Of a stretch of 64,000 bases of DNA, positions 51,136 to 64,000 are shown in pieces. Each line of letters opens with the position of its first letter. Position 1 is the first letter of the stretch. Below the pieces are notes generated by a model. It saw only the letters and a program-made list of their open reading frames with translations. It ran no database searches and was not told where the DNA came from. Both the position numbers and the translations under genes were made by a program. Location: NCBI RefSeq assembly GCF_030028105.1, contig NC_092386.1:35828347-35892346 (forward strand). The letters run 5' to 3'. Source of the DNA: Mobula birostris. Lineage: Eukaryota.

Positions 51136-52465
51136 CGAACTGTATGTAAGACTCAAATTGTGGCATAACTTGTGTTTTCATGGTTCTAGCAAAATCCTTC
51201 TTTAATATTTTAAGCTTCAGATATCTTTTTTTAATTTTAAGCCTCAGCTAAAGAAAGAAAATAGTCTGTATGTCACTGCATCAGTTTTATGCGTTTAGTG
51301 TTCAAGGTCAATAGACTTGGTCCTTTAATTCCTTTCCAGATTCCCACCACATATTGTATATTAGCTTGTCTTGTTTTCCCTTTTCAGGTTCAAAACTCAT
51401 GTATCGCACTCAATTGCCAACCTGACTAATTCTTTGATACTTGTTCCTCACACATGGCAACCTACGATTTATCTGAGCAACAGAAGCTACAACTATTTAC
51501 TCAATTCAATGATATCCATAAATAGATATAATAAATCAACAAAGCTGTTTATGAAAGGTCTGCTTTGTAGATAAAAATGTAACTGTGGAAATAACTATTT
51601 CTATATTGAATAATAACATTTCCAACTGAACTAAGACTGCTGCAGTTTTCCTCTTTGCATTTCTTAGCTTCAGAGCACGAGTGCAGAGCCCCTCCAGTTC
51701 TAAGTGGAAGGGAGAGGCAATGTCTTAAGCATCAATCAGACTTCATTGTCAAGGAGCATAATAAGGTTGGAGTTAGATTTGGAAATTCAAGAGGTTTCAA
51801 GAATGAGAATCTATAGAAACTGATGTTATTGTACTGGGACAATGGGCATTTCTCAATGAGGATAAACACAAAGATTGTGAGTAGAGATGAATTATGATGC
51901 AGTAACTGTGAGGGATTTGGTTAGTGAACTGAAAATACCTTTTATAAATGGGATCATAAGATCTACCTATTATGTTGGTTGCCTTATTCCTGGATCATGG
52001 GTATTCAAACCTGTTTGAACAGATATTAGAGAAGGAAAAAAAGGATCAATTGATTGTAGTCATTGCTGTCATCAGCAACAAAATAAGGAACTGTTAAAAG
52101 TCCTGTTTAAAAATTTGCAGGATTATTTCCTTAAAAATTTTCTTGATAACTTAAATCTTGTGAGTCAATAACCCAGATCTCACAGCCTAATTCCAGCAGT
52201 GCCTAGACCCAATGTTAAATCTGAAGCATTAAATATTTCTGTTTGCTCTGTTGCTCTACTTCATATGGAGTTAGAGAACAAAGCCCAGTCTCCTTGAAAC
52301 TTTCCATACTGCACTTGATCTCAATGAAAACTGTAGAACAGTAATACTCAGACTAAACTTTTAAGACAGTATGTCAGCTGTTATTTCTGTAATAAAATGG
52401 GAAATGTTACTATACTGGTGTATGTAAGCAACTTGTATCTCCTTATACGTGATTAATCTCAGGTC

Positions 52466-53224
52466 AACTTCTGGTCAAGATGGCGCCTGCGTACAATGCT
52501 CCCATGTTCAATATCGTCTGGATAGACCATGAAACCATATATTTCACTTCTTTTATGGCTTTTTTCATTTATTTTCTATCCATCTTGAATGGGATTCTGG
52601 AAACGTTGGAGCCTGTGGTTTGCAGTTTGGAGGTCGATTGGGTGTTTCAGTTCTCTGAGAGGATTCCGGGAGACAGAGGCAGCATGTGCAAACTTCATAG
52701 CGGGAAGGCTGCAGGGCGGGGCATGAGCTGATGTTCGACTGCAATTTGCCACTGAAAGGCTCCATCATTCACAAATTAAACTGACGAGGGAGAGTGAAAC
52801 ATTCAGGTGAATGCGGAAGGTGAGCGCTGGTTACCTGCCTTTTGATCGCTAGTGGGATTGGTCTGTTACCCAAGAGGGGAGAATATCTTTTGATATCTGG
52901 TGCAATCGCTCTGCTGCCAGAGAGGGGAGACTGCCTCTTGATCGCTGGTGGGATCGCTCTGCTGTTGGAGAGGGGAGAGTCTGCCATTGTGCCTGGACAA
53001 TGTTAACAGGTTTTCTGCATTTTGGATATGGACTTGGACTTTTCTTCAGTCTTTTAGTTTTTTATATTCTGTGTTTTTCACCTGATCTTTCTTGTTTTTT
53101 TTGTGTGGAGAGGAGGGATTTGGGGTTGATGATTGTGCTTCCGTTCTTTTCTTTCTCAGTTTTGTGGCTATCCAGAGAAGAATTTCATAGTTGTATACTT
53201 TGGTAATAAATGTATCTTTGAATC
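52466..53224 (+). mobile_element. Non-autonomous retroelement with Rex-like 5' motif and 3' tail
   Basis: Starts acttctggtcaagatggcg, ends ctttggtaataaatgtatctttgaatc. No coding remnant recognised. Confidence 0.5.
52843..52986. repeat. Three tandem 48-bp units
   Basis: Units start at 52843, 52891 and 52939 (tgatcgctggtgggatcgctctgctg..agaggggaga..). Confidence 0.9.
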
Positions 53225-53229
53225 GGTGA

Positions 53230-53612
53230 CTTATGCACTTCCAAGTCAGTGAAGCTCTGCAAGTTTGCTGGGGAAGTCGAAGGCCCAATGCCTGAGAATC
53301 CACCAGTCCACTGGAGGTTGGTGACCAAATACAGCCTGTCCTGAGGTTAAAGGATTGTGTATATGCATGGGTAGGTGGGTGGGAGCAGTGTTTTTTTTGC
53401 TGTTCTTCCTTTATCACTTGGTAGGCTCTGTTTTACTGTGCTCTGTGTTGCTCTGCTACATTTTATTGTATGCAAGCAATGTTAGCACCACAATGTGTGG
53501 CAGCAGTTGTAGGTTGCCCCCAGAACAGCCTTGGTTGTGTTGATTGTTAACGCAAATGATGATTCTCACTACATGCTTCGATGTACATGTGATAAATAAA
53601 TCTGAATCTGAT
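53230..53612 (+). repeat. SINE-like repeat with Rex-type tail
   Basis: Ends gtacatgtgataaataaatctgaatctga. Confidence 0.5.
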
Positions 53613-54491
53613 CCAGATCTGAACACTAGGACATCAGCTGGAAAGCAGATTTCTTTGAAGAATCAAGTGCTCTCCTCTTATGGTTGTTCATTCCCCTGTT
53701 CTGGGAACAAAACTGAACACTGTCAGAAATGCAGAGGAGACTTGACCCAAAAGCAGAGCAGCAGAGATACTGCAGCAGTAAACGATCCTTTACGAATAAA
53801 CTGCAAAATAACAAGCCACGAGGGGCCACAAAACAAAAGAGAACGAATACTGAACGCCACAGAAAACAAGGTTTCCGAAGGCAAGAAGCACCTGGTGTAA
53901 GATGGCTGATCCGATGAGTGAGCAAGGGCTGTGGATGAGTGACAGGTGATTCCTGCTGGTAGGGTGGAGACTGGGAGGTGTAACTCTGACATACATTGCC
54001 AAAAGAAAATATTAAATCAAATAGTGAATGTTCAGAGAAGTGTTGGGCCACAATTTCTTCGTGCTGTCAGTACAGGTAAAAGTGTAAAAGTAATAATTTG
54101 CTTTCTAGATTAAAAAAAAATCAATAATTAAAAGCAATAGTGAAACTGACACTTTCCAACACACAAAATAGTCTATTTGAATTGTTGTGGACTGCCTCTG
54201 AGAACCTAACTCGCAAGGCATGTGTCTCAACATACATCAAACTGACAGCCAGGTACATAAATATTTGCAAAAAATAAGTTAGCTAAATTTAGTTTACCAA
54301 GTACAGAAAACTGATTTAGTGAACACTTCCGAGCATTTGATTATATTGATAATTATATAAGAGTGTGATTATATAAGAGTATTTGGTGGGACACTGTGCA
54401 AGACATTGGGTAGTTATATGGAGCTAGAAGAAATAGCAGATGCTGGAATCTGGAGATTGTGAACGTGGTTCTGGAACCATACAAATAGGAG

Positions 54492-57400
54492 TATCAGACC
54501 TGTACAGGCAGACATCTTTCAGTCTCCATACAACTAAAAGGAATCACCTATCACTCGTTTCCAACATCACCTGCAGCCTATGTAAACGCAACTCTCATCC
54601 ACAGCCCTTGTTCACTTATCGAACCAGCCAGTCTCGACCAGTTGCTTCCAGTCTTTATTTACCTTGTTGCCTGTGAGTTTAGTATTTGTTCTAACTTGTT
54701 TGTGGCTACTTGTGGATTGTTTTTTTGCAGTTTATTATTAACGTCATCATTACTGCTGAATTGTCTCTGCTGCTCTGCATTTGGGTAAGCCTCCTTTGCA
54801 TTTGCTGACATAACGAGTGAACTCACAATTAACCCAGCAGGGTTTACTTGCCGAAAGTAACTTGTCCATCGACATGAACAGATGATCCAGAAGCAGCAGG
54901 AAAACATCTGCTCACCACTCTTAACCAACTCTCCATCTTGATACCGGAATGCCGCACCAGACAACCTTCTCCCCTCAGAGCCCCAGATTCCAGTGCCTGA
55001 AGGCTTCCATGGATTCCCAGCCTGATCCCACGACTTCCTGTCCCAGTGTGTCTTATGTTTTTAGTTCCAGCTATCTCTGTACTTTATGCACTAAGCCAAG
55101 ATTGCCTTCATGATCTCTCTCTTGAGTGGGTAAATTCTGTCCTGGGTCACCACTAATTGGGACAATAAGACCCCAATTTGCAACAGCTATGAGGATTTCA
55201 CAGTTGAGATGTGCTGTGTTTTCGACCATCTGAGGAGCAGAAGGGAGGCAGCGTCAGGGCCTGCATCGTGCACTGTGCTCAGTGATGGATCAGACCATAG
55301 AATTCCAGACCTTTGCAGCAGACTGTGGCTAGAATATGGAAGTGTTTATGTCCCGTTACCATCATGGTCTCTCAGAGAGCTTGGAAGATGCACTGTCTCC
55401 CTGGTAGATACCCACCGACCTCAAAAGCCTCATCATTCTGACCCACCATGTTGACAAGAATCTTATGGAACAACCCTCCAGATCATCAGTCAGGTTCTGT
55501 TCCCAGAACCATTTCAGGTTGCAAGAACAAACTCAGCAAAGCCTCCAGACCCAAGGCAGCTAGGGAGTGCTCCCTTAATGCCCCAAAGAGCATGAGCTTA
55601 CCGCAGAGCAACCAACCGCCAATGCATCAAACGCCCATTGTGACCAGGAAGCAGCACTACCAGGTAGAGACAAGGGCATTCTATCTGGTAAATTCCCCAT
55701 GGCCCTTCGTTCCAGCAACATAACCAGACTCACCCTCTCTGTCTTCCTCGACACTCCGAAGGGCCTACACATTCAGAGGCTCTGGTGGATTCCGGCACAG
55801 CAGGCTACTTTTTGAAGCGGACTCTTTGTGTGCAGTTTGGACTTACCACTGAGCCTATTTTTCACTCCTTCTGTATCACAGCCATTGATGGACGCCACTT
55901 GGGTCTGGGATGGTCGAAGTACACACAAGGCTTGTAAACATGAGCATCGGAGAGTACTGCAGGTTCATCCAATTCCTTCTGATCGACTCACTCACCACTC
56001 CTCTCATCTTGGGATCTCCTGGCTCTCCACTCACAACCCTCTCTTTGCCTGGTCATCTAGATCATGGCTGAGTTAGAGAGTCACCTGCTGGACCCTCTGC
56101 CTGTAACTGCAATTTACTTCACCCATAAATGCTTGGAGACAGAGGAAACATTCAACCCTCAATAAACTCCCACAGAAATTACACATCTTCATTCGGAGGG
56201 AAACCAGTACCTTGCTGCCTCACAGACCACACTACTGAGCAATTAATCTCTTGCTAAGCACCGCCCATCTCTGCGACCTCCTCTCCTGAGACCCAAGCCA
56301 TGAATGACTACGTCGCTGATGCACTACAGCACAGCTTCATTTAACCATCCCATTCCCCAGCCGGTGAAGGATTCTTCTTTGTCAAAAAGGAAGACGAGGG
56401 CCTTTGTTCCTGCAATGACTCAAGAAAATTACCATTAAGAACCAGTACCCTCTCTCCTGGATGAGTGCATTCAAAACACTGCAGGGCCCAGATCTTCACT
56501 AAACTGGATCTACAAAGCACATACAACTTGATTTGTATCTGCCAGGGGAATGAGTGGAAGACGATGTTTATAACACCCACTGGCCGCTGCAAGTACTTGG
56601 TGATGCCTTTCAGATTTTTTAACAGTCCAGCTGTTTTCCAGGCCTTCATCAATGAGATCCTCTGAGACAGGCCATACGGGTATGTGTTTGTCTACTATGG
56701 CAACATCCTCATCTTCTCCAAGGACTCCCAAGACTACGTCTGTCATTTCAGTTCCATCTTGAGTGCCTCCTCAAAAACCAATCGTACCGCAAGTTAGAAA
56801 AATGCCAGTTCCACACCCCAGTCATTTTCTCCTTCAGTTATGCCCTTTCACTCAAAGTTATAACCAAGGACACAGAGAAAGTGTGCACAGTTATTGAATG
56901 ACCCGACCACACTCCCTCAAACAGCTATATTGCTTCTTGAGCTTCTCCACCACCATTTCATCTAAAACTATAACCAAAAGTCTGCTCCTCTCACCGCCTT
57001 CACCAAGTCACCTATCGTACAGGTAACCTGGTTTGCTTTCCAGGAGTTCAAAGACGCTTCACCACATCTCCCATTCTCTGCTATCCAAACCCTTCTGGAC
57101 CTCTGGAGGTGGAGATGAACACATATGATGTGGGCGCCGGGGAGCTGCTCACCATTAAATGGGCTTTGGAGGAATGATGACATTATCTAGTGGGAAACAT
57201 TGAGCTCTTCTTGCTCTGGACTGACCTACCAGAGCCTCAGATCCATACAAATGAGCAGCCCATTCAACCCACATCAGGCTTGCTGGGCCTTCTTCCTTGA
57301 GCAATTCAACTTCACCATCTCCTACTGACTCATCTCCAAGAACACCAAGGGAGATGCTGTGTCATGACGGTTTGACCGAGCTGAAACAAAGATTGACCCT

Positions 57401-58550
57401 CAGTTGATCATTCCATCCTCCCAGATTCTCACCCTGAACGTCTGGGACCCTGATCCAAATCTGACAGACCCTACAGTATGAGCCTGTTGTGGCCAACACC
57501 CCTGACAGCTGCGTGTATCTGCCAATGGATGTGCACTCTGAGCAACTCCACTGGGCCCACTCATCACCACTCTCTGGCCATCCAGGTGCATGACGGACTC
57601 TGGATTTTCTGCTGCACCAGTTTTTATGGCCCACCATGATCACAGATGTATGCCATTCCTTCTCTGCCTGACCTCGATTTGCCCAGTCCAATCTCTTCAG
57701 CCAGTGGCTTTTGGGCTCCCAGGGCCCTTGCAGGTCACTCAATGCCCATGGTCCCTCATCACCCTGGATTTCATCATGGGTTTTCCACCTTCTAGTGGGG
57801 TCATGGTGATCACGACAGTGGTGGATCGGTTCTCCAAGGCAGCCCACAGCATTGTCCTTTAAATTTTCATCAGCCACTGAGACGGCGGATCTGGTTCTCC
57901 AACATGTAGTTTGCCTCCACAGCTTCCCTCAGGACATGGTGTCGGAGCAGGCCCACAATTCACCTCCTGCTTCTAGTGGGCCTTCTGCTCCCTCCTCCAC
58001 ATCTCAGTGAGTTTTTCCTCTATCATCGGCAGAGCAACAGCAAGTGGATAAGTTTCTCAAATGCTTTTGACCTCTAACCCGTCCATATAGGAGAGGTCTC
58101 TGCTCTGTCCCACAATTTCCACACTTCCTCTGCCATGAGTATGCCACCCTTTGAAATTCTTCTTGGCTACCAACCCTTCCATTCTTCTCCTTGGAGGACC
58201 CAGCGGTGGAGGTCCCATCCACCAGCTGCCAGAATGCTTGGACAAGGGTAAAGAGGGCCGTCCTAGCTGGAATGAAATTACTTTGCCTGCTGTCTCAGGG
58301 CGGAGTGTGTCTGCATCTGCACCACACGCCTCCCCACCCCGGCAGTCCTTCTCTGCGACCTGACCCACAACCTCCTGCACCCCTCTACCCTTGCCATTCC
58401 CAACATCCTTTGCTCCCGCAAGATTTACAAACTTGTTCTCCGCTCCACATTAGCTTCAAGTGTGGGGCCTCCTTTCTGAACCACCTACAACCATTTGGTA
58501 GACATTTGGGATGCTGCAGACCAGCAAACCTGGCTCGCCACATCTGAACC
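54492..58550 (+). mobile_element. Heavily decayed sushi-like Ty3/Gypsy LTR retrotransposon (probable 5' LTR 54492-54809)
   Basis: LTR termini tatcag...ctgaca. gag DFLSQC, KIAFMISLLSG, FTVEMCCVFDH; protease ALVDSGTAGYF; [35 protein letters not shown]...[13 protein letters not shown]; RNase H ELLTIKWALEE; integrase GHPG, PWSLITLDFIMGFPPS, VVDRFSK. 3' boundary uncertain. Confidence 0.88.
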
Positions 58551-59007
58551 ATGTAAATTGGGGCATGTGGCAGCAATTATGGATGGGGCATTCCATGAGG
58601 CAATGAGATTAAAAGATAGACAGGAAGGAACTACAACATTAGAATTGGGTCATGTAACTGAATATAGGGATCCAACGGAAAGGATAAATATAGTGATCAT
58701 AATCATCATGCACTGGGAGGGAGATGGAGTGATCAAGAGGAAAGAATGGTATTACTGATAATTCAGAAAGAAGAAAAGGGGCAGTGTTTAAAATTGCACA
58801 CCGGAAAGGAAACTCTGCAAGTTTGCACACTGTGCAATCCTAAGAGCAATAATGAACAAAACAATATAGGGTGGAGTGTTATGTTTTGTCCTAGTTATCT
58901 AACCAAAGATTCAATATATAAGGTACAGTGTACAGATCACAAACTAAAACCATATTAACTTTAACTTTCAATGTTCATGATTTAGTATGATAATGATGAT
59001 TAAAATA

Positions 59008-59383
59008 TTATTACCATTACGTGCCATGACTTATGATGTGGGCGATCATGGTCTCATGACCATGATCGTTCTTGTCAAATTTTTCTACAGAAGTGGTTTG
59101 CCATTTCCATCTTCTGGGCTGTGTCTTTACAAAACAGGTGACTCCAGCCGTTAACAATACTCTTCAGAGACTGCCTGCCTGACGTCAGTGGTCGTGTAAC
59201 CAGGACTTGTGATACGCACCAACTGCTCATACGACCATCCACCACCTGTTTTCATGCCTTCGCATGACCCCAGTTGGGGGGCTAAGTAGGGCTACACCTT
59301 GCCCAAGGGTGACCCACAAGCTAACAGAGGGAAAGAGTGCCTTATACCCACTTTGGTAGAGACATATCTCCACCCCACCACCC
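59008..59383 (-). mobile_element. RTE-related SINE-like element
   Basis: Minus strand carries the RTE/BovB-type motif gaagatggaaatggcaaaccacttc, a terminal hairpin and a (taa)n tail. Imperfect TSD atgattaaaata / atgatttacaata. Confidence 0.7.
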
Positions 59384-59409
59384 ATGATTTACAATATAGT
59401 TCTGTGAAA

Positions 59410-59960
59410 TACAGTAGCTCAGGCCTGGAAGATAAATGTATTGGGTTGTAAAATCAATAAGAGAAAGAGGGAAAATGATCAAAGGTAAAGAAAGGGCATT
59501 GTGTCTCAAGATGAAAACACTTCAAAAATGAAGTAGGATATACTAAGGGTAAACCAACAGTGACAACCTTATGGGTAGAATTTTAAAGTATTTAAGGCTC
59601 TTGTAGGGGTGATACATTGGTGGGATCTATAAATGTAGGGCAACCATTTGGTAAAGGTAGAATGACTTTAATGGCAGATTTGAAGTGTCATATCAATTAG
59701 AATAATCAAAGTAGCCCATGTTTGAACTGTAGTTAATTTCTTAGAAGTATTCTCTGTGGTGTTTTGTGATTATATGTACCAGAACCAATAAGACAGCAGA
59801 TCATTATTGGATTTAATAATGAGTAATAAGCCAAATGTAGTTAACAGTCAAACAGTGCATGAACCTTATCTAATAGTACTCACAATATAAATGAGTTCAT
59901 GCTGATTTCGAAAAGGAAAAACACAAAACAACTTCAATGATTCAGAGTTAGGGTAAGGAT
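59410..59960 (+). pseudogene. Very old CR1 APE-domain remnant
   Basis: Broken motifs QAWKINVLG, LWVE, TLVG, YVPEPIRQQ..LDLIMSNKP, HNINEF. Confidence 0.5.
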
Positions 59961-60329
59961 GATTTTCACAAGATCAGACAGAAACTGACAGTGGATCATT
60001 GTGAAATTGTTAATGTTAAAATGTCAGAAGTTCAATGTTATTTATCGAGGAAAGTAGATGATGCAATGCAGATTATCACACAGTTGTTCTGACTGACATT
60101 AAAACCATAGCTGACTGAAGTAAGTGATGGCGTTAAAACTAGAATTGTGACTTACCGTGGTGAATGCGGGTGTTATCTTGCTGAAGGTGACAAAGAACAA
60201 CAAATATGAAAAGTAAAATCTACAAAAACATTTACAAATATATTATACAAGAGAAGTGTCCATTCCTTGCATAAAGATACCAGTAATATTACAAATGAAA
60301 ATGAAAAAAACTACAAACATGTTGAATAA

Positions 60330-61121
60330 CGCTGGATAACAAAGATTTTACTTCCCGAATACTTTTGGGTGTATCTTATGGATATTGGGCTGCTGATCAT
60401 GAAAATCGCCATGAAATATCCCAACAACACACATTTTTAAAACTTGCCTTTATTTGTAATTTCAGTTCATAATTCAAGTCAGAATAACTGATGCCAAGAT
60501 TAAGGAAGGCATTTTTGTTGTTCCACAAATCAAACAGGACGTCAATGACAGGCAATTCAAAGAACTTACAGAAAAAAATCGCATGGAAGGCATTCAAGGA
60601 TGTTGTTGAAGTTTTTCCTGGCAACTACAGAGCATCAAACTTCATGCAGCTAGTTGACAACATGCTTCAAGCATACAAAGCATGAAGTGCAACATGTCAC
60701 TTAAGATACTTTATCTGCATTCCCATGTAGTCTTCTTCCCTGCAAATCTTGGCCCTGTCAGTGACGAGCACGGTGAAAGGTTTCACCAGGACATTGCAGT
60801 CATGGAGAAACTGTATCAGGGCAACTGGAATCCATTAACGCTGGCTGATTATTGTTGGTCACTTAAGTGAGAAGCTTCAGACACTAAGTACAAACAAAAA
60901 TCATCAACAAAAAAGTTTTAGCTTAGTTGAACTATTGCAAAGTGTCAGCACTGTTATGCAATTAAACACATTATATTCAAAAAAGTTAATTTCTTGTTTC
61001 TCCGAATTCCTATGTGATACAATAGCCTGAAGTTATATTTGTGTTCAGCTTCATGTGTTCTATTATAAACTAAAAAAAATCTGAGAAAGCAACAATTCTG
61101 AAAAAAAATTGTTGTCCAGTG
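60330..61121 (+). mobile_element. Internally deleted Chapaev3-like (CMC superfamily) DNA transposon
   Basis: TIRs cgctggataac / gttgtccagtg; left flank TAA. Transposase C-terminus DAKIKEGIFV..AWKAFKDVV..CNMSLKILYLHSH..NLGPVSDEHGERFHQDI..YQG.W..LADYCWSL. Superfamily assignment from memory of this motif. Confidence 0.75.
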
Positions 61122-61569
61122 TTTTACTTAAAATCAGCATTTGCAATAAAGGAGACTAAGGTGAAAACCAATTAAAATGAATAATGAATCATGGGCGGGG
61201 TCTGATCGGAATTAACAGAGGCAAGGTGTGTAAGGGTGCTATTTGTGGGGAGTTTATATGTCCTAACTGTGACTCGGATCCTGCCGAGCGCCCTACTATC
61301 CATCCACATCTCAAAGATGTACTGCTTGGGAAGTTGATTGAGTACAATCAAGCATACATCTCATGTAGATGGATTATAAGAAAATAAGAGGTGTTATTGG
61401 GCATTTGTGGGAAAATCGGTACAGAGAAATGGAGATGGGGGCTGGATAGGAATGGGGAGGATGCTCTAAGTTTGATGGGCCAACTGACTTCCTTTAATGA
61501 TGTAAGAAATTATGAATATAATATGGATGTTCAAATATTTTTTAATGATGTAAGTAGAATAAAAGTAGG

Positions 61570-62300
61570 CTTGTCTTGCCTGATCTCAATGTGCACTGGG
61601 ATCAGATCAGCAGTCGATCTACTGAGAAGAATCTCGATTCATCTGTCGTTGTGGACAAATGAAAGGTGGTGACAATTTTTTTCATGGCAGTCAAGAACTT
61701 TCATAATCGCTTTTAGTTGGTAAAATCAAGACCTCTTATGAGATCAAAGAAGGACATGTACAGTTATTTATGTTAACCCCTTCACTTTTCTTAAAGATGT
61801 AGCATGGTGAAAATTGCACACATTGTACAGCTTGATGGAAGGAACACAGATTGTGATTCAGAAGAGCTTGTTAGCTCCAAGGAGGAAATTGCAAAGATCT
61901 CTGTTGATGATTTTCTCCATGTCAGACAGCAAGAAGACTCCTCTGATGTTGCTGTAATCAGACCTAACTCTTTTTTTGGAGTTGGTTCTGATAACAGCAC
62001 CTCGGAGCTTCCTTACCGTGCTTTCCTCTACCTTGATGAAGGTAAAGAGTTCATAAAGTTGTGCCTGAGATTTCCATAGTGTTCAATGTTTTGGCATGAA
62101 TTTAGACTTTTTTAAAGGCTTTCCTGCTTTGCAGCCATTGAAGGGCCTCTACAACCTCTTGCTGGGCTGAAGGTAGTAGCTAGCATGTGAAATAGAGTCA
62201 TGGAGCCTTGCATCTGGAGTCTTGGTTGAGAAGATGTTCATCATACACTTTCCAGAAGTACTCACCTCCTCAGGATATCTGATGAGACCCAACGCAACTC
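61570..62300 (-). pseudogene. Highly decayed RTE-clade LINE RT remnant
   Basis: Minus strand DYSNIRGVFLLSDMEKIINR, SESQSVFLPSSCTMCAIFTMLHL*EK, LYMSFFDL. These match RTE motifs NYRGISLLS, PESQCGFR..TxDMIFxLRQLQEK and LYxAFIDL. Confidence 0.7.
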
Positions 62301-64000
62301 AAGAGCCTAACTTGCATCGGTCCTCACCAAACGAAGATTATATTAACCCTACTGGGGCAAGTTCATCAGATCTCTCCCTGCTTTATGGGTTCAAAATTAC
62401 CTATAAACTACTTCTGAGATATTAGGATTGATGCAATGAAAACACCACCTTTTTAAAGTAGAATTTACCAACAAAGGATGGAAACCACCTTCTTTAGAAT
62501 CCATTCCAAATTCTGACATTATTTTTATTTCAAGAACTCCATTTTCAACAGGAATAATTTCGACATTTTGACATTTTCAATATCGATCTTTTAAATAAAT
62601 CGAAAATTTTCAAAAATTTCATGTGCACTTAAGCAAAGTAGAGAGGCAAAATAGGAACTCAGAAATCAGCATGGCCTTTTGTGCTGCTATTCAATGAGGC
62701 AAATAGTCAGACTAGAACTAACGTATGTTTTATCAAAATCAGTCAGAACTTAACTCGCCATAATGACCGATATAATAGTATATCAAACGTTATATCGCAT
62801 GGTACAAATAATTTGTGAAGATTAATGATAAGAAAGCAGCATTGTGCATCATGTCATCATTGTTTGTGAAAGTCCCACGAAGAATAAAAACATCAAGTTA
62901 CAATATAGAACAGTGTTGACTTTATCTGTGGTGCTTCCCTCTATCAGTTTCAACATTGCATGCTTTATTAGGTTCTTACAAGTTCTTGCAGCTACATGAA
63001 CAATTTCTGCAGCCAGTTCTGAAAGGGATATGTGCCAAGAATCAATCCATGTGCAGCTAGATCTTAAACAGACATACTGCAAAACAAAGGCACTTTTTCT
63101 AGCCACAGGAAAGTGTTACAGGTAAATGAACGGAATAACATAATGTGAACGACTGCACTTTTGGAAGCTTGCAATGCAACTAATGCTCATTCCCACTGTG
63201 CCTGCTCAAGCACGGTGAAATAAAAGTTGATATATTAAAAAAAATCTTCTTCCTGCAGTTAGGAACTTGAATGACTTCCTTAATTCAGCTACCGTGAGAT
63301 GTAGCAAGGATCATGGAATGAACCAGCAGACTGGAATGGATCAGAGGATGGGAAGCTAAGAGTGACTGTGATCTTATTCACCACAAGAAAAGATTTGAAT
63401 TTACCTGTGTCAGTTGTTAGTTCTGCATCTGAGGTCACAGTAAGTTATGGTTTGAGGATGAAGGCTGTTTTTCATAATGCTTGGTTTCCAGGGCAATAGG
63501 CTAAATTCAGCAAATAAGAATTGTCATCTTTTTCAGATCAGTGAAGGCTGAAGACCATGCTGGGAGTGAAATTTCCATAATTTGGAGATTTTTACATCAG
63601 ATGGCAGGGAGAATGCAAGTCCTGTCAAACAATGAGGAGGGAAGATTCCTGACAGGCACCAATACATGCAGAGAACTGGGCAATATTGCTTAGAGTTAGT
63701 AAACTATGGGCATGTTATGTTGGCTCCATAGACATGATGACACTTGTAAGCTACTCACTCCACATCCTCAGACTGTGTTGGCTGTAAATACAAAACAATG
63801 CATTTCACTATATAATTGATTTTCAAGCACAGCTGAACTGTTTATTGGAATTGTGCTAAGGAATTTCTGGAATTAAAAAAAAGTCTTGTCTGATAGGACT
63901 GATTCTGAGGGTTTTTAATAAACAACTGTTCTAAATAATCTTTCACATCTGATAATTCTTTGCAATCAATTGTATACAAAATATGATATGATCTTGGGCA

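Noticed and set aside
52843-52986. 48-bp repeats as a CRISPR-like array or 16-aa repeat protein
   Set aside because: Head-to-tail units with no unique spacers, inside a eukaryotic repeat; the peptide periodicity follows from the 48-bp unit.
61791-62079. Overlapping Ser/Glu-rich ORFs resembling a terminal host exon
   Set aside because: Explained by a decayed RTE reverse transcriptase on the minus strand.
62849-63600. Possible exon ending acag/gtaaat at 63121, or 5' continuation of the RTE element
   Set aside because: I could not find an open frame with recognisable similarity leading to the donor, and the RTE APE resemblance is too faint to support.

Overview
Eukaryotic, AT-rich, repeat-dense intergenic or intronic DNA. 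The repeat families (CR1 LINEs with esterase ORF1, Rex1/Babar, Deu-domain and HE1-like SINEs, Penelope pseudo-LTRs) suggest a cartilaginous fish, probably a ray; this is inferred from repeat content only. I found no host exon, RNA gene or CRISPR array I could support, and the ORFs I could assign are all decayed transposon genes or their antisense shadows. Elements present: a near full-length CR1; a HERO-like RLE retrotransposon; several Rex1/Babar, Vingi-like and RTE fragments; two decayed Ty3/Gypsy elements (one interrupted by a Tc1); two solo LTRs; a Buster/Charlie hAT plus a 74-bp MITE; two Tigger-derived elements; a Tc1-derived MITE; and a Chapaev3-like element. Main hunt results: (1) dispersed Penelope pseudo-LTRs whose copies jointly reconstruct a minimal hammerhead ribozyme; (2) an in-phase UUUAAAC slippery site at the CR1 ORF1 stop; (3) a compact pseudoknotted 3' UTR in the HERO-like element; (4) a multi-layer nested insertion cluster inside a Deu-SINE, with two hATs stacked on one target site; (5) a locally templated insertion and a 42-bp hairpin micro-insertion. 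All family names come from motif recognition, not database searches.
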